NCBI RefSeq assembly: GCF_006345805.1
Contig: NC_043000.1
Span: forward strand, 138,384,001-138,448,000
From: Octopus sinensis
Taxonomy: Eukaryota
DNA length: 64,000 nt
Direction of reading: 5' to 3'
In this document: positions 25,516 to 37,850 of the stretch, in pieces
How positions within the stretch are numbered: the first letter of the stretch is position 1
Layout of the letters: each line of letters opens with the position of its first letter
Translations under genes and position numbers: made by a program
The notes under the pieces: model-generated
The model's input: only the letters and a program-made list of their open reading frames with translations
Database searches by the model: none
What the model was told of the DNA's origin: nothing

Positions 25516-25999
25516 GTAGCACATGTTTTCTGTTATAAAAATGAGGTTTGCTTAATTTTACAGTGTAGTGTTTTGTGTGAGGGAACAGTAAATTTTCTTA
25601 ATACATTGAAAGGTTTGCTCTGTTCTCTGTAGCTGATCTCTTAAGATTCATAAGAATCAAAACTGTTTGTCAGTCAAACAGACTAAAACAAAGCAAGCAG
25701 AGTTATGTAAACTGATACAAGATAACACAATGACTGTTATGATTATTCAATCATTAGTCTCACTTATTCGCACCCCCACATTCTACTGCCATTCATATCA
25801 GATTTTGTTTTAACACTTTTTGGAAGCTTGTTACTTTTCTAGAATAATGCATATTACATAACTCTTAATGTAGAGGTATTCTTTTATGCTAATTAATTAA
25901 CTTAAGAGTGGAATTGCTTCCTATTTTCTTAGTAAACAGATGCGTAGTGCTAGGTAAATTTTCTCCTAATAGATACGCTCTCACATACATGCATTAATT

Positions 26000-26024
26000 C
26001 TCTCTCTCTCGCTCTCCCTCTCTC

Positions 26025-26055
<31 letters not shown>

Positions 26056-26088
26056 CTCTCTCTCTATCTCTCTCTATCTATCTCTATC

Positions 26089-26140
<52 letters not shown>
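26000..26140. repeat. (CT)n/(ATCT)n microsatellite
   Basis: Directly visible. Confidence 0.95.
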
Positions 26141-26147
<7 letters not shown>

Positions 26148-26809
26148 CTGTCTGCCTGAGTCTAGCACACACAGATGGAATTAGTTATTTAGATTGACAT
26201 GAACAGTATTATGACGATACTGTACTGTAATCCACCACTCACTCAATTATCTCGCCCACTTAGTGTACCAGCTGAGAGTAATTCCATCCTTGGTAGCTGT
26301 ATCTGGTTTTATAGACTGAAGCAAAGATCAGGCTTGCCCATGTCTACATTACGGCATGTGTGTGTGTGAGAGAGAGGAATTAGAAAATCTTCTTACCGCA
26401 TTGACCAATCAACCAGTGTGAATATACAAAATAAGAAACACCAGACTTGAACTTGTTTGGTTAGTGATGTAATCTGTCTGAGATGATGTCTAGAAATTGA
26501 ATTACATTGTAGTTGAGCCATGATTATGCTCTTGTATTGCTATGTTCATTTCTGTCTTATTTTCTATTTGCATCGAATATGAAATAAATTATTTGTTAAT
26601 AGTATTATATGGTTTTAATAAAAAGCAATTATATTAACAATAGGCACGGTTAAAGTGAAACAAAAGTGATTATAACAGCACAAGGGTTTTCAGAAATAGT
26701 TTTCGCTATAAAGTTACATACATACATCATCAGTTATCAACAGTTAAGTCAAATAAGCAAATACAATCATTCATCAACAGAAACTTGCGTAGTATACTTA
26801 AAATTAGAT

Positions 26810-27080
26810 GGCAAAGAACAAATGAAGTTTCGAGTAGGGAGCTAGTATTTAAGAAAAAGGTGGAAGTGGATTGGTAACACAATTAGAAAAGACACACCAA
26901 ATGTAGCGAAAAGTGCTTTACAGTGGAAACCGGATGGATATAGAAGGAGAGGTAGGCCTAAGGACTTGTGACAGAGATCAACACAAAAGGAACTAGAGAA
27001 AGGGGGACATTCATGGCAGAGTATAAGTACAGAAGGCAACCCTCCATATTGGAGGGTTAAAGGCATAAAGAAAGAAAGAA
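26810..27080 (+). mobile_element. RTE-clade LINE 3' end
   Basis: LRKRWKWIGNTIRK...ALQWKPDGYRRRGRPK, followed by an (aaag)n tail. Confidence 0.85.
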
Positions 27081-27149
27081 GACATACATCATCGTTGAGC
27101 TGCCCTCCCTGAGCCCAAGGTTTGGTTGGCCAAGACTCTCCAGTTTGGT

Positions 27150-27485
27150 CAGTGTTATGCTACATTACTGTTTCCAGTTAATTTTTTAATATCATCTGTC
27201 CACAAACTCCTTTGACAGACTCCTGCCCTTTTCCCCTCCACAGCTCCTTGCAGGATGGCTTGTGTAGTGACTCATCATATGGCCAAAATATGGTAGCTTT
27301 GTGGACTTTTATTTCTTAAAAGATGTCTTTGAATTTTCAGAATTTCTATCACTGCAGAGTTTTTTACTCTGTTTTTTCAAGCTATTTGGCCCACTCTATA
27401 AAATATACTCATCTCAAAGGCTTCTTTCTTCTCCATTTATTTGTATATTATCCAAGTTTTTGCATGACAAAGAGCAACCGGCATG
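27150..27485 (-). mobile_element. RTE/BovB-like LINE 3' ORF remnant
   Basis: KTW...EAFEM...YFGHMM...LQGAVEGKR...WTDDIK across frameshifts. Confidence 0.8.
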
Positions 27486-27749
27486 ATATAACAGTTTACT
27501 AACCTCAATTTTCGGTGCAATGTTATGTCATTTGAGTTGAAGATCTTTGTAATTCTTATAGATGTTGTTTTAGACTTATCTATTCTATGAGTAACTTTTT
27601 ACTCGGTGATCTTTTCGATTAATTATTTATCATAATTCTTTTAATTCTACAAGCTTTCAAGTACTTTTATCTGTGCAGTCTTTTGTGTATCAACTTTTAT
27701 ATAAGCTTCCTTACTCATAACCATTGTCTTATTCATAACCAGCGTGATC

Positions 27750-28117
27750 GTTGCCACCATCTGAATGTGATTGTTGCCAGAGCGGCTAACTGGCTTCCGT
27801 GCTGGTGGCACGTAAAAGGCACCAGTCAAGTGTGACCATTACTAGCGTCGCCTTACTGACACTCGTGCCGGTGGCACGTGTAAAAAGATTTTCTAGTGAG
27901 GTCGTTTTCAGTACCGCTTGACTGGCCCCCGTCCTGGTGGCACATAAAAGCATCCACTACACACTTAGAGTGGTTGGCGTTAGGAAGGGCATCCAGCTGT
28001 AGAAACCCTGCCAGATCAAGATTGGAGCCTGGTGCAGCCATCTGGTTTGCCAGCCCTCAGTCAAATCTTCCAACCCATGCTAGCATGGAAAGCGGACGTT
28101 AAACAATGATGATAATG

Positions 28118-28148
<31 letters not shown>

Positions 28149-28325
28149 ATATACGTAAAAAGCCCCCACTACACACTTGGAGTGGTTGGCATTAGGAAGG
28201 GCATCCAGCTGTAGAAACTCTGCCAGATCAAGATTGGAGCCTGGTGCAGCCATCTGGTTTGCCAGCCCTCAGTCAAATCGTCCAACCCAGGCTAGCATGG
28301 AAAGCGGATGTTAAACGATGATGAC
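27750..28325 (+). mobile_element. Family-C retroposon plus a tandem partial copy
   Basis: 27750-28120 with internal repeats; 28155-28325 is a near-identical 3' segment. Confidence 0.88.
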
Positions 28326-28339
28326 AATGGTGATGGTTG

Positions 28340-28570
28340 TACTTGTTCTCCTTAAATCCATATTTTGGTCTTTCTTGTCACTTTGCTCTTTTCCAACAAT
28401 TTCTTGTAATTTCTCTTTGTTGTTTTCCAATAATGCTGTTGCTTTATCATAGCATATCTTATATCGTTTGTGACCATGCTATTGTCTGTGAGACGTTTGA
28501 TGTTATCTGACTCTCTAAATATATACTCAGTGTAGATATTAAACAGGTAAGGTGATAACACTCACAAATA
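28340..28570 (-). mobile_element. Non-LTR reverse transcriptase fragment (RTE-like)
   Basis: LSPYLFNIYTEYIFRE...NDIRYA(DD), frameshifted at the YADD motif. Confidence 0.8.
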
Positions 28571-28839
28571 TGAAATATTCATACTCATTGACATGTATAC
28601 ATACATACCTAGAATTTACTTTGTTAACATGTCACTTCATATTTTCACTCACTGTATTCTATCTTGGTCTAATACTTCTATTACAGTCTCTGACAATCTA
28701 TACCTCATAAACAGAATTAGTAGGGCAAAACTCTATGAAAACCCATCAACATACACACACACACACACATACATACACACATGCACACACACACATACAC
28801 ACATCACACACACTTACATACACACACATATCGCAGGCA

Positions 28840-28950
28840 GAAATATATCGCAAGCTATGGACGCATAAGAGGTGCAACAATATCAGAGGAAGGTTAACAA
28901 GGAAAATAGTCTTTGTGTGTGGCAGATGTACAGGTACAATAAACACTAGA
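28840..28950 (+). mobile_element. LINE ORF Cys-rich fragment
   Basis: KLWTHKRCNNIRGRLTRKIVFVCGRCTG: W.H..C...C..C PHD-like pattern that I recall from RTE-group ORFs. Confidence 0.55.
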
Positions 28951-28974
28951 ATTGTAATTTAAACTCACAGAAAT

Positions 28975-29170
28975 TGGTCCTATAATACAAACTTCCTCTT
29001 TTGAAGTAATTTATATTAAAACATTCCATAAAAATTTCATGTTAAAGTTTCAATCATTGGCTTAATAATAACAAAATTACTTTACTAAATTCATATTTTC
29101 CTAATGATTTGCAATAAAGGCAATGTATTTCAACTGAAATTTGGCAATAAATGGATTATAGGGAGATAGA
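28975..29170. mobile_element. Decayed AT-rich MITE-like repeat
   Basis: Resembles a common octopus non-autonomous DNA element as I recall it; termini not recoverable. Confidence 0.3.
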
Positions 29171-29270
29171 AAGGGGCAGAGTCCATACTTAGACAATCTA
29201 CTTATTGTACTCCTTTTGCATTTTAGGTTGCAACTACAAAAACTTCTGTTTCTCATAATTAACTAGTATA

Positions 29271-29684
29271 GGCGCAGGAGTGGCTGTGTGGTAAGTAGCT
29301 TGCTAACCAACCACATAGTTCTGGGTTCAGTCCCACTGCATGGCATCTTGGGCAAGTGTCTTCTGCTATAGCCCCGGGCCGACCAAAGCCTTGTGAGTGG
29401 ATTTGGTAGACGGAAACTGAAAGAAGCCTGTCGTATATATGTATATATATGTATATATGTGTGTTTGTGTGTGCGTGTGTTTGTCCCCCTAGCATTGCTT
29501 GACAACCGATGCTGGTGTGTTTATGTCCCCGTCACTTAGCGGTTCAGCAAAAGAGACCGATAGAATAAGTACTGGGCTTACAAAGAATAAGTCCCGGAGT
29601 CGATTTGCTCGACTAAAGGCGGTGCTCCAGCATGGCCGCAGTCAAATGACTGAAACAAGTAAAAGAGTAAAAGAGTAAAGAGAG
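29271..29684 (+). mobile_element. SINE family A, full length
   Basis: Consensus head to tail. Confidence 0.93.
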
Positions 29685-31139
29685 TTAAATAATGCCTCCA
29701 TCAAAGCCAACCTCTCCAAACCCATGACTTTTCTTTTTACCCATTCTGTGTTTCCTCTATTCTCCATCTGCAGCAATGATCCTGCATCAAGACTCTCGAA
29801 GTTTCCATTCCTGTCTCTTTATTTTATTGTAGTCGTCATCAACTGCATCGAATTCTTCAGTCTCAGAGGTCTTGTGAAGGTCATAGATACAGCCTCCTTT
29901 CTTCTGACTAAATGAGAACTAAGCTATAAATATATACATATGTGTGTATGTGTGCGTAAATATGTAGGGATGAATGTGTATTATGTGTGTGTATGCATCA
30001 TTGTTTGAGAATGCATTTGTGTGAGTTTAAATTAAATTATTTGACATGTTTTGCTACTTCTTTGAGGAAAAAAAAATTTAAAAAGAGGTGAAAAAATTAT
30101 TGCTTAGCTTCCACAATTTTCAGAGAGTTGTTGCACATAATATTAGATTTTCAATATATCTTTAAAGAAATAGTAATTAACTGTCATTTATAACTTTGCT
30201 GCGGATTTTAATCACAAGCCAGTGACAGCAATAAATATTATTGAAAACCTGATTAGCTAGTACAATAAGAGAATTAGCCAAGAAACAGACTAGAAACATA
30301 AGAAAATAGAATGCTAATGTCCATTTTAGAACTGTGTCAACCCTTGACTTTCTAACAATCTAATTAAATGAAGAGGAATTCTTGGGTCATGACTTTTAAA
30401 TATTTCTGGTTTTGAGAGCAATTTGCAGCAATTTCTAAATTTATAATAAGCTGAATTATTTGGTTTTCATTGAAAATAACTATTGTGTTCATATATGTCA
30501 CAAGAGAATATATCAAATAAAAAGTAAAACACAGAACTTTCTATTGTCAAAAGTATATTTGGTTTATTCTCTTTGTCTTTAAATAATCCCCCCAAAAGAG
30601 ATTAGAGATTCTGTCAAATAGGTTCAGTATCCTCATCCATCAATTCAGATCGAAAAAGTTATCTTAATCCATAGTATTGAACATTGGTTGATATTTACAA
30701 ATATCATAACTGATAGAACGGTGTTCTGATGAATAGTTTAGTCTAATGTTTACTGACTTTTAATTTCAGTGTAAGATATAAAATGATAATGCTTTCATGT
30801 GATGAAATGTTAGAACTACATGTTCATGGAAATATTCCATGCACAAATAATTTTATTTACATATCAGATTAATATTTTGTTTGATTTCTTTAACAATGAT
30901 ACAAATCAAGACAGAATAGAGAAATAAGTGACACACATTATTATACAAGCACAAGATATTTCAAAAAAGGATCTTAAATAATTCCTAAAAGTCTTGAAGT
31001 ATTTTCTGGAGAATTTTTTAAATATTTGATAAATAAAGGCATTTGGTGCATGATAACAGAGTACACTTGTTTAAAGGAATCTAAACATATTTAGCTATTA
31101 AAGTCTGAATGTCATTTAGACTTGGTCATTAAGACTGAC

Positions 31140-31410
31140 AGAATCAATAGAACAGCAGATGTGTTCCAAAGCTGGTTCCATAGGACAATACTAAGTATTT
31201 CTTGGCATGAGCACATTATGAATGAAGAAGCCATAGAAGCAACCAGGTTATGTAACCTACAAGATACCATCACTCTCAGATGACAGAAGTTTCTCTATCA
31301 TTTGCCATGAAGAGATCATTAAGGACTCCTCTTGAATGGAAATCAGAGAGGGAGCATAGGAGGTCAAACAGATCTGTCAAGTCCTGGTTGAGAATTGTGG
31401 CAGTGGATCT
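31140..31410 (+). mobile_element. Decayed RTE-clade LINE 3' remnant
   Basis: DVFQSWFHRTILSISWHEHIMNEE, similar to RTE R.IL.ISW....NEEV. Confidence 0.6.
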
Positions 31411-31580
31411 GCTAGATATGGGCCTGGCCTGGGAGTAGGTTTATGACAGGAAGGCAATCATTGTGAGAGGAGTTCTCTCATGACTCTATGCTCAATGAAG
31501 GGGGAAATTAGATGTAAATTTTGATGGTTATTTAATATATTCCTTTTGAATACATATCATTTTACTTTTGGTTGTATACT

Positions 31581-31702
31581 GTCAATTTAACGTGACAGTA
31601 GGGGATTACACCACCGCTGTTTAGCCCTAGGAAGCAGGAAGTGTTGATGCTTCCTAGGCTAAACAGCGGTGGTGTAATCCCCTACTGTCACATTAAATTG
31701 AC
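31581..31702. repeat. Near-perfect 122-nt inverted repeat
   Basis: Arms 31581-31636 and 31648-31702; one mismatch, one bulge, 11-nt loop. Confidence 0.95.
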
Positions 31703-32992
31703 CCCATTCTATCGCCCCACCACCGTACATATCTCTAGGAGATATTTAGAAATTTAATATTTCTGATTCACATTTTACTTTTATTTAAACCAAACTATTT
31801 GAAAAGTTATATTTTCAACATGCTCAGTAGAGAAGTCTCAAAAGGGATACACTAGTTTAGTTTACTATTTTTAATTGCTTGAAGTGAAGTAAAATTGTTA
31901 CACCAGGTAGGTGAAACAGCATAAAATGTATATTTTCCAGCAGACCAGGTCAGTGGGTTGGCTTAAGGAGAAACTGTCTTCAATTGTACACTACTTAACA
32001 CAGTTAGAAACTATTTTAATTTAATATACGTTGTAGTTTTTCCAGCATATTCCATATGTAAAGCACTAAGAACATTAAATTTAAGAGATTTGATGAAACT
32101 ACCAACTAATTATAGGCTGATGATCAAAAAGAATAATTTTTTCATGGAAGCATTTCCTGTATGAAGAAATATATCTATACATTAGATTAATGCTCATTTA
32201 TGTTTCCTTTAGATAATGATCTAAATCAACTCTCCTTACTCCAGCTATTACAATGCTTTTTCTATATATGCAAATTAGTATGTGCCACAATACAATAATT
32301 ATTTCTTAGAGGTTTCAAAACTTCACTGATGACATAAAACCCAAAATATTAATTTAAAGTCATTTATGGTTCTCTTCCAATTAAGAGATCAGTTTTTGTA
32401 GAATAACTGAACTATTAAAAACAGAAAAAAAAATTCTTTATTACTCCTTTCTGGAAAAAAAAAACTCCTGATATTTAAAAAAAATTTACTCTTCTAGATG
32501 ATTAAATTTATTTTCCCAATAACATCCTGATTTTCTTCTTATTTAGAGCCATGGACTGTGTGGCATGTTTATATAATTTATCCATTTTTCTGTGAGGAAT
32601 ATTTTTCTGATATTTCAACAAGTTCTATGTTTATAATGATCAGTTGAGAACTAAGGATATGAAGACTAAAAGTAGAAACCAAAATGTAAACATGTCAATG
32701 TTACCTTAAAACGTATATATAAATAATATTCCTTTTTCCTAAAGGTATCTCTCATGTCATGCAAAAGATGAAGCAACCATTTTCTGCTGATCATTAATAT
32801 TCTAGCGAAATCCATGACTGCAGCATTATAAAAATATATTCTATGCATAATTTTTTCTTCCAAAAAATATTTGCAATGGGCAATGTAGCCCATAGCCTAT
32901 TATAAACCCTCAGAACAGAAGCAAGAAGACGTAATTGTAGATTAATGGAATACAGAGATTTAAAACTCTCTGCTGCCACTTAAGAGAAGTAA

Positions 32993-33058
<66 letters not shown>

Positions 33059-33107
33059 GTGATGGTGGTGATGGTGATGGTGGTGATGGTGGTGATGGTG
33101 GTGATGG

Positions 33108-33169
<62 letters not shown>

Positions 33170-33338
33170 GTGATGGTGGTGATGGTGGTGATGGTGGTGA
33201 TGGTGGTGATGGTGGTGATGGTGATGATGATGATGATGATGATGATGTGATGATGATGATGATGATGATGATGAGATGATGATGATGATATGATGGTGAT
33301 GATGGTGATGGTGGTGATGGTGGTGATGGTGGTGATGG

Positions 33339-33373
<35 letters not shown>

Positions 33374-33427
33374 GTGATGGTGGTGATGGTGATGGTGGTG
33401 ATGGTGGTGATGGTGATGATGATGGTA

Positions 33428-33489
<62 letters not shown>

Positions 33490-33490
33490 A
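32993..33490. repeat. (GAT)n/(GGT)n compound trinucleotide array
   Basis: Directly visible, about 500 bp, with two phase slips near 33247-33290. Confidence 0.97.
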
Positions 33491-33509
33491 TTAATTTAAA
33501 TTAATAGAT

Positions 33510-33960
33510 ATAACTGTTCCTTATATTAATAGATGCAAATGTTCCCGCTGATAGAAATATATCTGTCTAGGAATTTGACAAACTAAGTGAATACAAGGAC
33601 CTGCAAATTTAAATACAAAAGATGTGGCATCTTAAATCGAGAACTGTTCCTGTTATTGTAGGTACCCTAGGTATGATAATAAAAAATACGTATATCAGAA
33701 ACATCTAGATAACATCCCAGGAGAACCATGTCTCAGAGAAATCAAAAAGATTGTACTGACAAGAAATGCCCACATCCTTAGAAAAACCCTATCCATTTAA
33801 ATGTCTGTGCTGTATTCCATGAAGATATTTCACTACTTCCCCTCCTCAAGCTTTCAGTAATACTGTAACATCTCTTATCCTTCACTTGTCCCAGGACACT
33901 GGGTGTGTCTTCGCAAGTGGCTGTAACAAACATGCTGAATAAAAGTAAAAAATGATAATA
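33510..33960 (+). mobile_element. REL-endonuclease LINE 3' end with UTR and (AAT/AAC)n tail
   Basis: LLIDANVPADRNIS..EFDKLSEYKDLQ...MWHLK..VPVIVGTLG...IVLTRNAHILRKTL*. Confidence 0.85.
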
Positions 33961-34019
33961 ACAATAATAATAACAACAACAGCAACAACATCAACAGCAA
34001 CTGTAGTAATAATAATAGG

Positions 34020-34500
34020 CAAAAGTGTGCATTTGAATGTCAGCCAAGTGCGTGGCTTCAAAACTGAAAAATGATATAAATACAAACCAAAGGCTGTGAG
34101 ATAAGTTGAAAACTACAAAGACCATACTATTGAGGCAAGAAGACTAGATATAATTACAGAGGACAAAATAAACAAACAGTGTACGATTTTGAAATTCCCT
34201 CTGATAGTAGAGTTGATACCAAAGAAACTGAAAAAAATTGAGAAGTATCAAGATCTAGTCAGAGTGATAAGGAGACTGTAGAAGACCAAAACAACAATTA
34301 TTCCTGTAGTAATTGGTGCTCTTGGCACAACACACAAAATGCTTTCTATAAGACTGAAAGAAATTGGAATTGAAACTCATATTGTTGACCTATGGAAAAA
34401 TACCATCTTATATTCTACAAGAATCTGAAGAAAAATTTTTGAGATTTGATGGGGCTTGTTGTCACTGAACCTCAAGATGAAATACCAGCTAACTAAATTA
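34020..34500 (+). mobile_element. REL-endonuclease LINE 3' end
   Basis: IEARRLDII...EIPSDSRV...IEKYQDL...IIPVVIGALG...LKEIGI...RKIFEI*. Confidence 0.88.
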
Positions 34501-34524
34501 TCATGCACTGGAAATTGTAGTTAA

Positions 34525-34850
34525 GCTACCCGTGCCGGTGACATGTAAAATGCAGTGCCTGAATGTGGCAGATGCCAGCGCCACCTGACTGGCGTCCGTG
34601 TCGGTGACACGTAAAAGCACCAACTGATCGTGGCCGTTTGCCAGCCTCCTCTGGGCCCTGTGCCGGTGGCACATAAAAAGCATCCACTACACTCACAGAG
34701 TGGTTGGCGTTAGGAAGGGCATCCAGCTGTAGAAACACTGCCAGATCAGACTGGAGCCTGGCACAGCCTCCTGAATTCCCAGACCCTGGTCAAACCATCT
34801 AACCCATGCTAGCATGAAAAACGGACGTTAAACGATGATGATGATGATGG
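34525..34850 (+). mobile_element. Family-C retroposon
   Basis: Internal repeats plus (gat)n tail. Confidence 0.88.
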
Positions 34851-34879
34851 CAAAATAATAATAATAACTTGCTTAATCA

Positions 34880-35160
34880 TATATGTTACATGTCCTGATG
34901 ATGACAAAATATCAGAAAGAGAAAAAGAGAAGCCTGTGAAATTTGAAGTAGGAGATAAAAAGACTGTGAAGGTGAGTGTGATATATGTTGCTGTTGAAAC
35001 CATGGGATCTTAAGAAATATAAGTGTCAAGCTCATAAACAGGATGAAAAAATAGAAGAAATGTGAAGATTGAGCAGCTACAGAAAAAAAAGTACTGCTTG
35101 GAACTGCACAAATCCTCTGCAGAGATTTAAAAATCTGAATGTTCCGGAGCAATTGGGCTA
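34880..35160 (+). mobile_element. Decayed REL-endonuclease LINE 3' end
   Basis: VTCPDDDKISEREKEK...IEQLQKKVLLGTAQIL. Confidence 0.7.
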
Positions 35161-35169
35161 TGTTAAACA

Positions 35170-35585
35170 GGCATAGGAGTGGCTGTGTGGCAAGTAGCTG
35201 TTTTATACCAACCACATGGTTCTGGGTTCAATCCCACTACATGGCACCTTGGACAAGTGTCTTCTACCATAGCCTCGGGCTGACCAAAGCCTTGTGAGTG
35301 GAGTTGGTAGATGGAAACTGAAAGAAGCCTGTCGTATATATGTATATGTATATATGTGTGTGTGTATGTGTGTGTGTGTGTGTATGTTTGTGTGTCTGTG
35401 TTTATCCCCCAACATCGCTTGACAACTGATGCTGGTGTGCTTATATCCCCATAACTTAGCGGTTCGGTAAAAGAGACCAATAGAATAAGTACTAGGCTTA
35501 CAAAGAATAAGTCCTGGGGTTGATTTGCTCAACTAAAGGCTGTGCTCCAGCATGGCTACGGTCAAATGACTGAAACAAGTAAAAA
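35170..35585 (+). mobile_element. SINE family A
   Basis: Consensus match. Confidence 0.9.
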
Positions 35586-36419
35586 AGTAATAACAACAGC
35601 AGTGACAGCAGCAATAACAGCAACAGCAACAACAACAGCAACAACAACAGCAGTAAAATGAAAAATAGTAATAGAGAATATTTTTTCATATACACACTTA
35701 GTAACAAATATACTAGTGCAAAGAATATTATTGTGTGAGGTTAATGATATTCATAACTTTCTTATGTGGATTAGTAAACATCATTGACAGGAATTTGTTA
35801 TGACCAAGAATAAAAACTGACTCATCATTATTCTACATTTCGAAACCTAAATATCAGATGATACTAAAAAAATGAAGCTAAAATACTTAATGTTGTGGAT
35901 TAAAAAATTATACTGTCATTAAGTTAATTATTCATTTTGGTGAAGGAAGTCAAAGGAAACGACAATGGAAATTGTATTAAAATTCATACTGAGATAAATT
36001 CATTGGAAATAGAATGCAGTGGGTATTGAGTCTGATATTTGGCACTAAAATGACTAGCACCGACATATTTCAGTCTTATTAAACCTCCCCAGTGAAGCAA
36101 ATTATTACTATTGCTGTCAGACATATGATAACCAGAATTTTATTTAATGAACTCTGAGCTGTGTGATATCATAAAACAATGAAATAAAAGAAGTTATCTA
36201 GGGAGGGTCTGCTACAAAGAAAAAAAGAAAAGAGAGAGAGAGGGAGAGGGAGAAAGAAAGAGAAAGAGAAAGAAAGTGAGAAGTCAATGCTAGTGTGCTT
36301 AATATACTGAACCAAGAACTTTAATCAACTAAAATTTATTGTGAGAAGAAAATATTCATCAGTTTAAAGATTAATTTCAGACAATAAAGTCAGTGGCATT
36401 AAGCTTCATTTTTACATTT

Positions 36420-36830
36420 CTTTTACTCTTTTACTTGTTTCAGTCATGTGACTGCAGCCATGCTGGAGCACCGCCTTTAGTCGAGCAAATCGACCCCTGG
36501 ACTTATTCTTTGTAAGCCTAGTACTTATTCTATCGGTCTCTTTTGCTGAACTGCTAAGTTACGGGGAAATAAACACACCAGCATCAGTTGTCAAGTGATG
36601 TTGGGGTGATGAACACAGGCACACAAACACACACACACACATATATATATACATATACATATATACAATGGGCTTCTTTCAGCTTCTGTCTACTAAATCC
36701 ACTCAAAAGGGACCAATAGAATAAGTGCTATGCTTACAAAGAATAAGTCCTAGGGTTGATTTGCTCGACTAAAGGTGGTGCTCCAGCATGGCCACAGTCA
36801 AATAACTGAAACAAGTAAAAGAGTAAAAAG
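36420..36830. mobile_element. Family-A fold-back: truncated (-) copy fused to a (+) tail
   Basis: 36420-36708 minus copy; 36709-36830 plus-strand tail. Confidence 0.85.
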
Positions 36831-36899
36831 AGTATTACATAAGTATTTTATAATGTTTCTTTTCTGGAAACTTGTCACGTTGCATATACCAGCAGCTGA

Positions 36900-36955
36900 T
36901 GGCTTGCAGACCAGTACCGGTCCATGGACCACTACTTTGAGTAGCAATGATCTAG
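36900..36955. mobile_element. Possible hAT-type MITE end
   Basis: accagtaccggtccatggaccactactttgagtagca resembles hAT-Charlie (MER5/MER20-like) termini as I recall them. Confidence 0.35.
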
Positions 36956-37289
36956 AGCCTGGAAACCTGACACGAATACGGGCATCAGAGTGGATTCTTC
37001 TAAAAGCACACAAATTCTATATAAAATTGTTTAAAACATATGATGAATTAAGTCCCCATCCAAGAATAGAAACACTCTCTTTGACAATCTTCCACAGTAT
37101 TTGTGTTTACCAAATTTTATTCATATTTCCATGGTTGTATTGAACAGTAAACTATCTGTTTAACCTCAGAGCCATGATTAGAGCTTATATTGTGTCCCAA
37201 AACTCCACTCACAAAAGTTTGAATAGTGATAGTAATTTAGGCAACAACAGTAATTATTAAGAAATGGCCTTTGTTGATTCCATCAATCC

Positions 37290-37850
37290 TAGAGCTTGAC
37301 TAATATAATATTTTATCAAGCCAAAAGGAATGAAAGGCAAAGATGATATTAGCAGTATTTGAACACATATCTTAAAAAGCTGAAGCAAATATGGAAAATT
37401 AATAACTTCTTGCATGGGTACAAAGCCTGGAATTTGGATGAGGGGAACAATTAATTTTATCTATCCCAGCACTATCTATCTTATCTATCTCTCTGGCATT
37501 TTATTTTATTAAAACTAAATAGTTGGAAACAATGTTGACTTCAGTAGAATTTGAACTCAGAATGTAATGTTTTAGGACAAATACCAAAAAGGCATTTTGT
37601 CCAACTCTCTGAAAATACTGCCAAAGAATGGGATGATAAAAGTTCATGATTTAGGCATTATTCCAACAATTTTGATGAGAGCTGATTAGTTGATTACATC
37701 CACTCTAGTATTCGATTGGTTCTTTATTTGACCAACCCCAAAAGCATGAAAAGTAAAGTCGTCCTTGGAGGGATTTGAATTTAGAATGTCAAGTATTGAA
37801 ACAAACACAAAAGCATTTTATCCAATGCTTTAAAGATTCAACCAATCCAT
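37290..37850 (-). mobile_element. Three tandem decayed family-B-variant SINEs
   Basis: Repeated atgaaaggcaaag..gaatttgaactcagaa motifs. Confidence 0.65.

Noticed and set aside
32993-33499. Poly-Met/Val and poly-Asp/Gly ORFs
   Set aside because: Pure trinucleotide array with no splice or start context.
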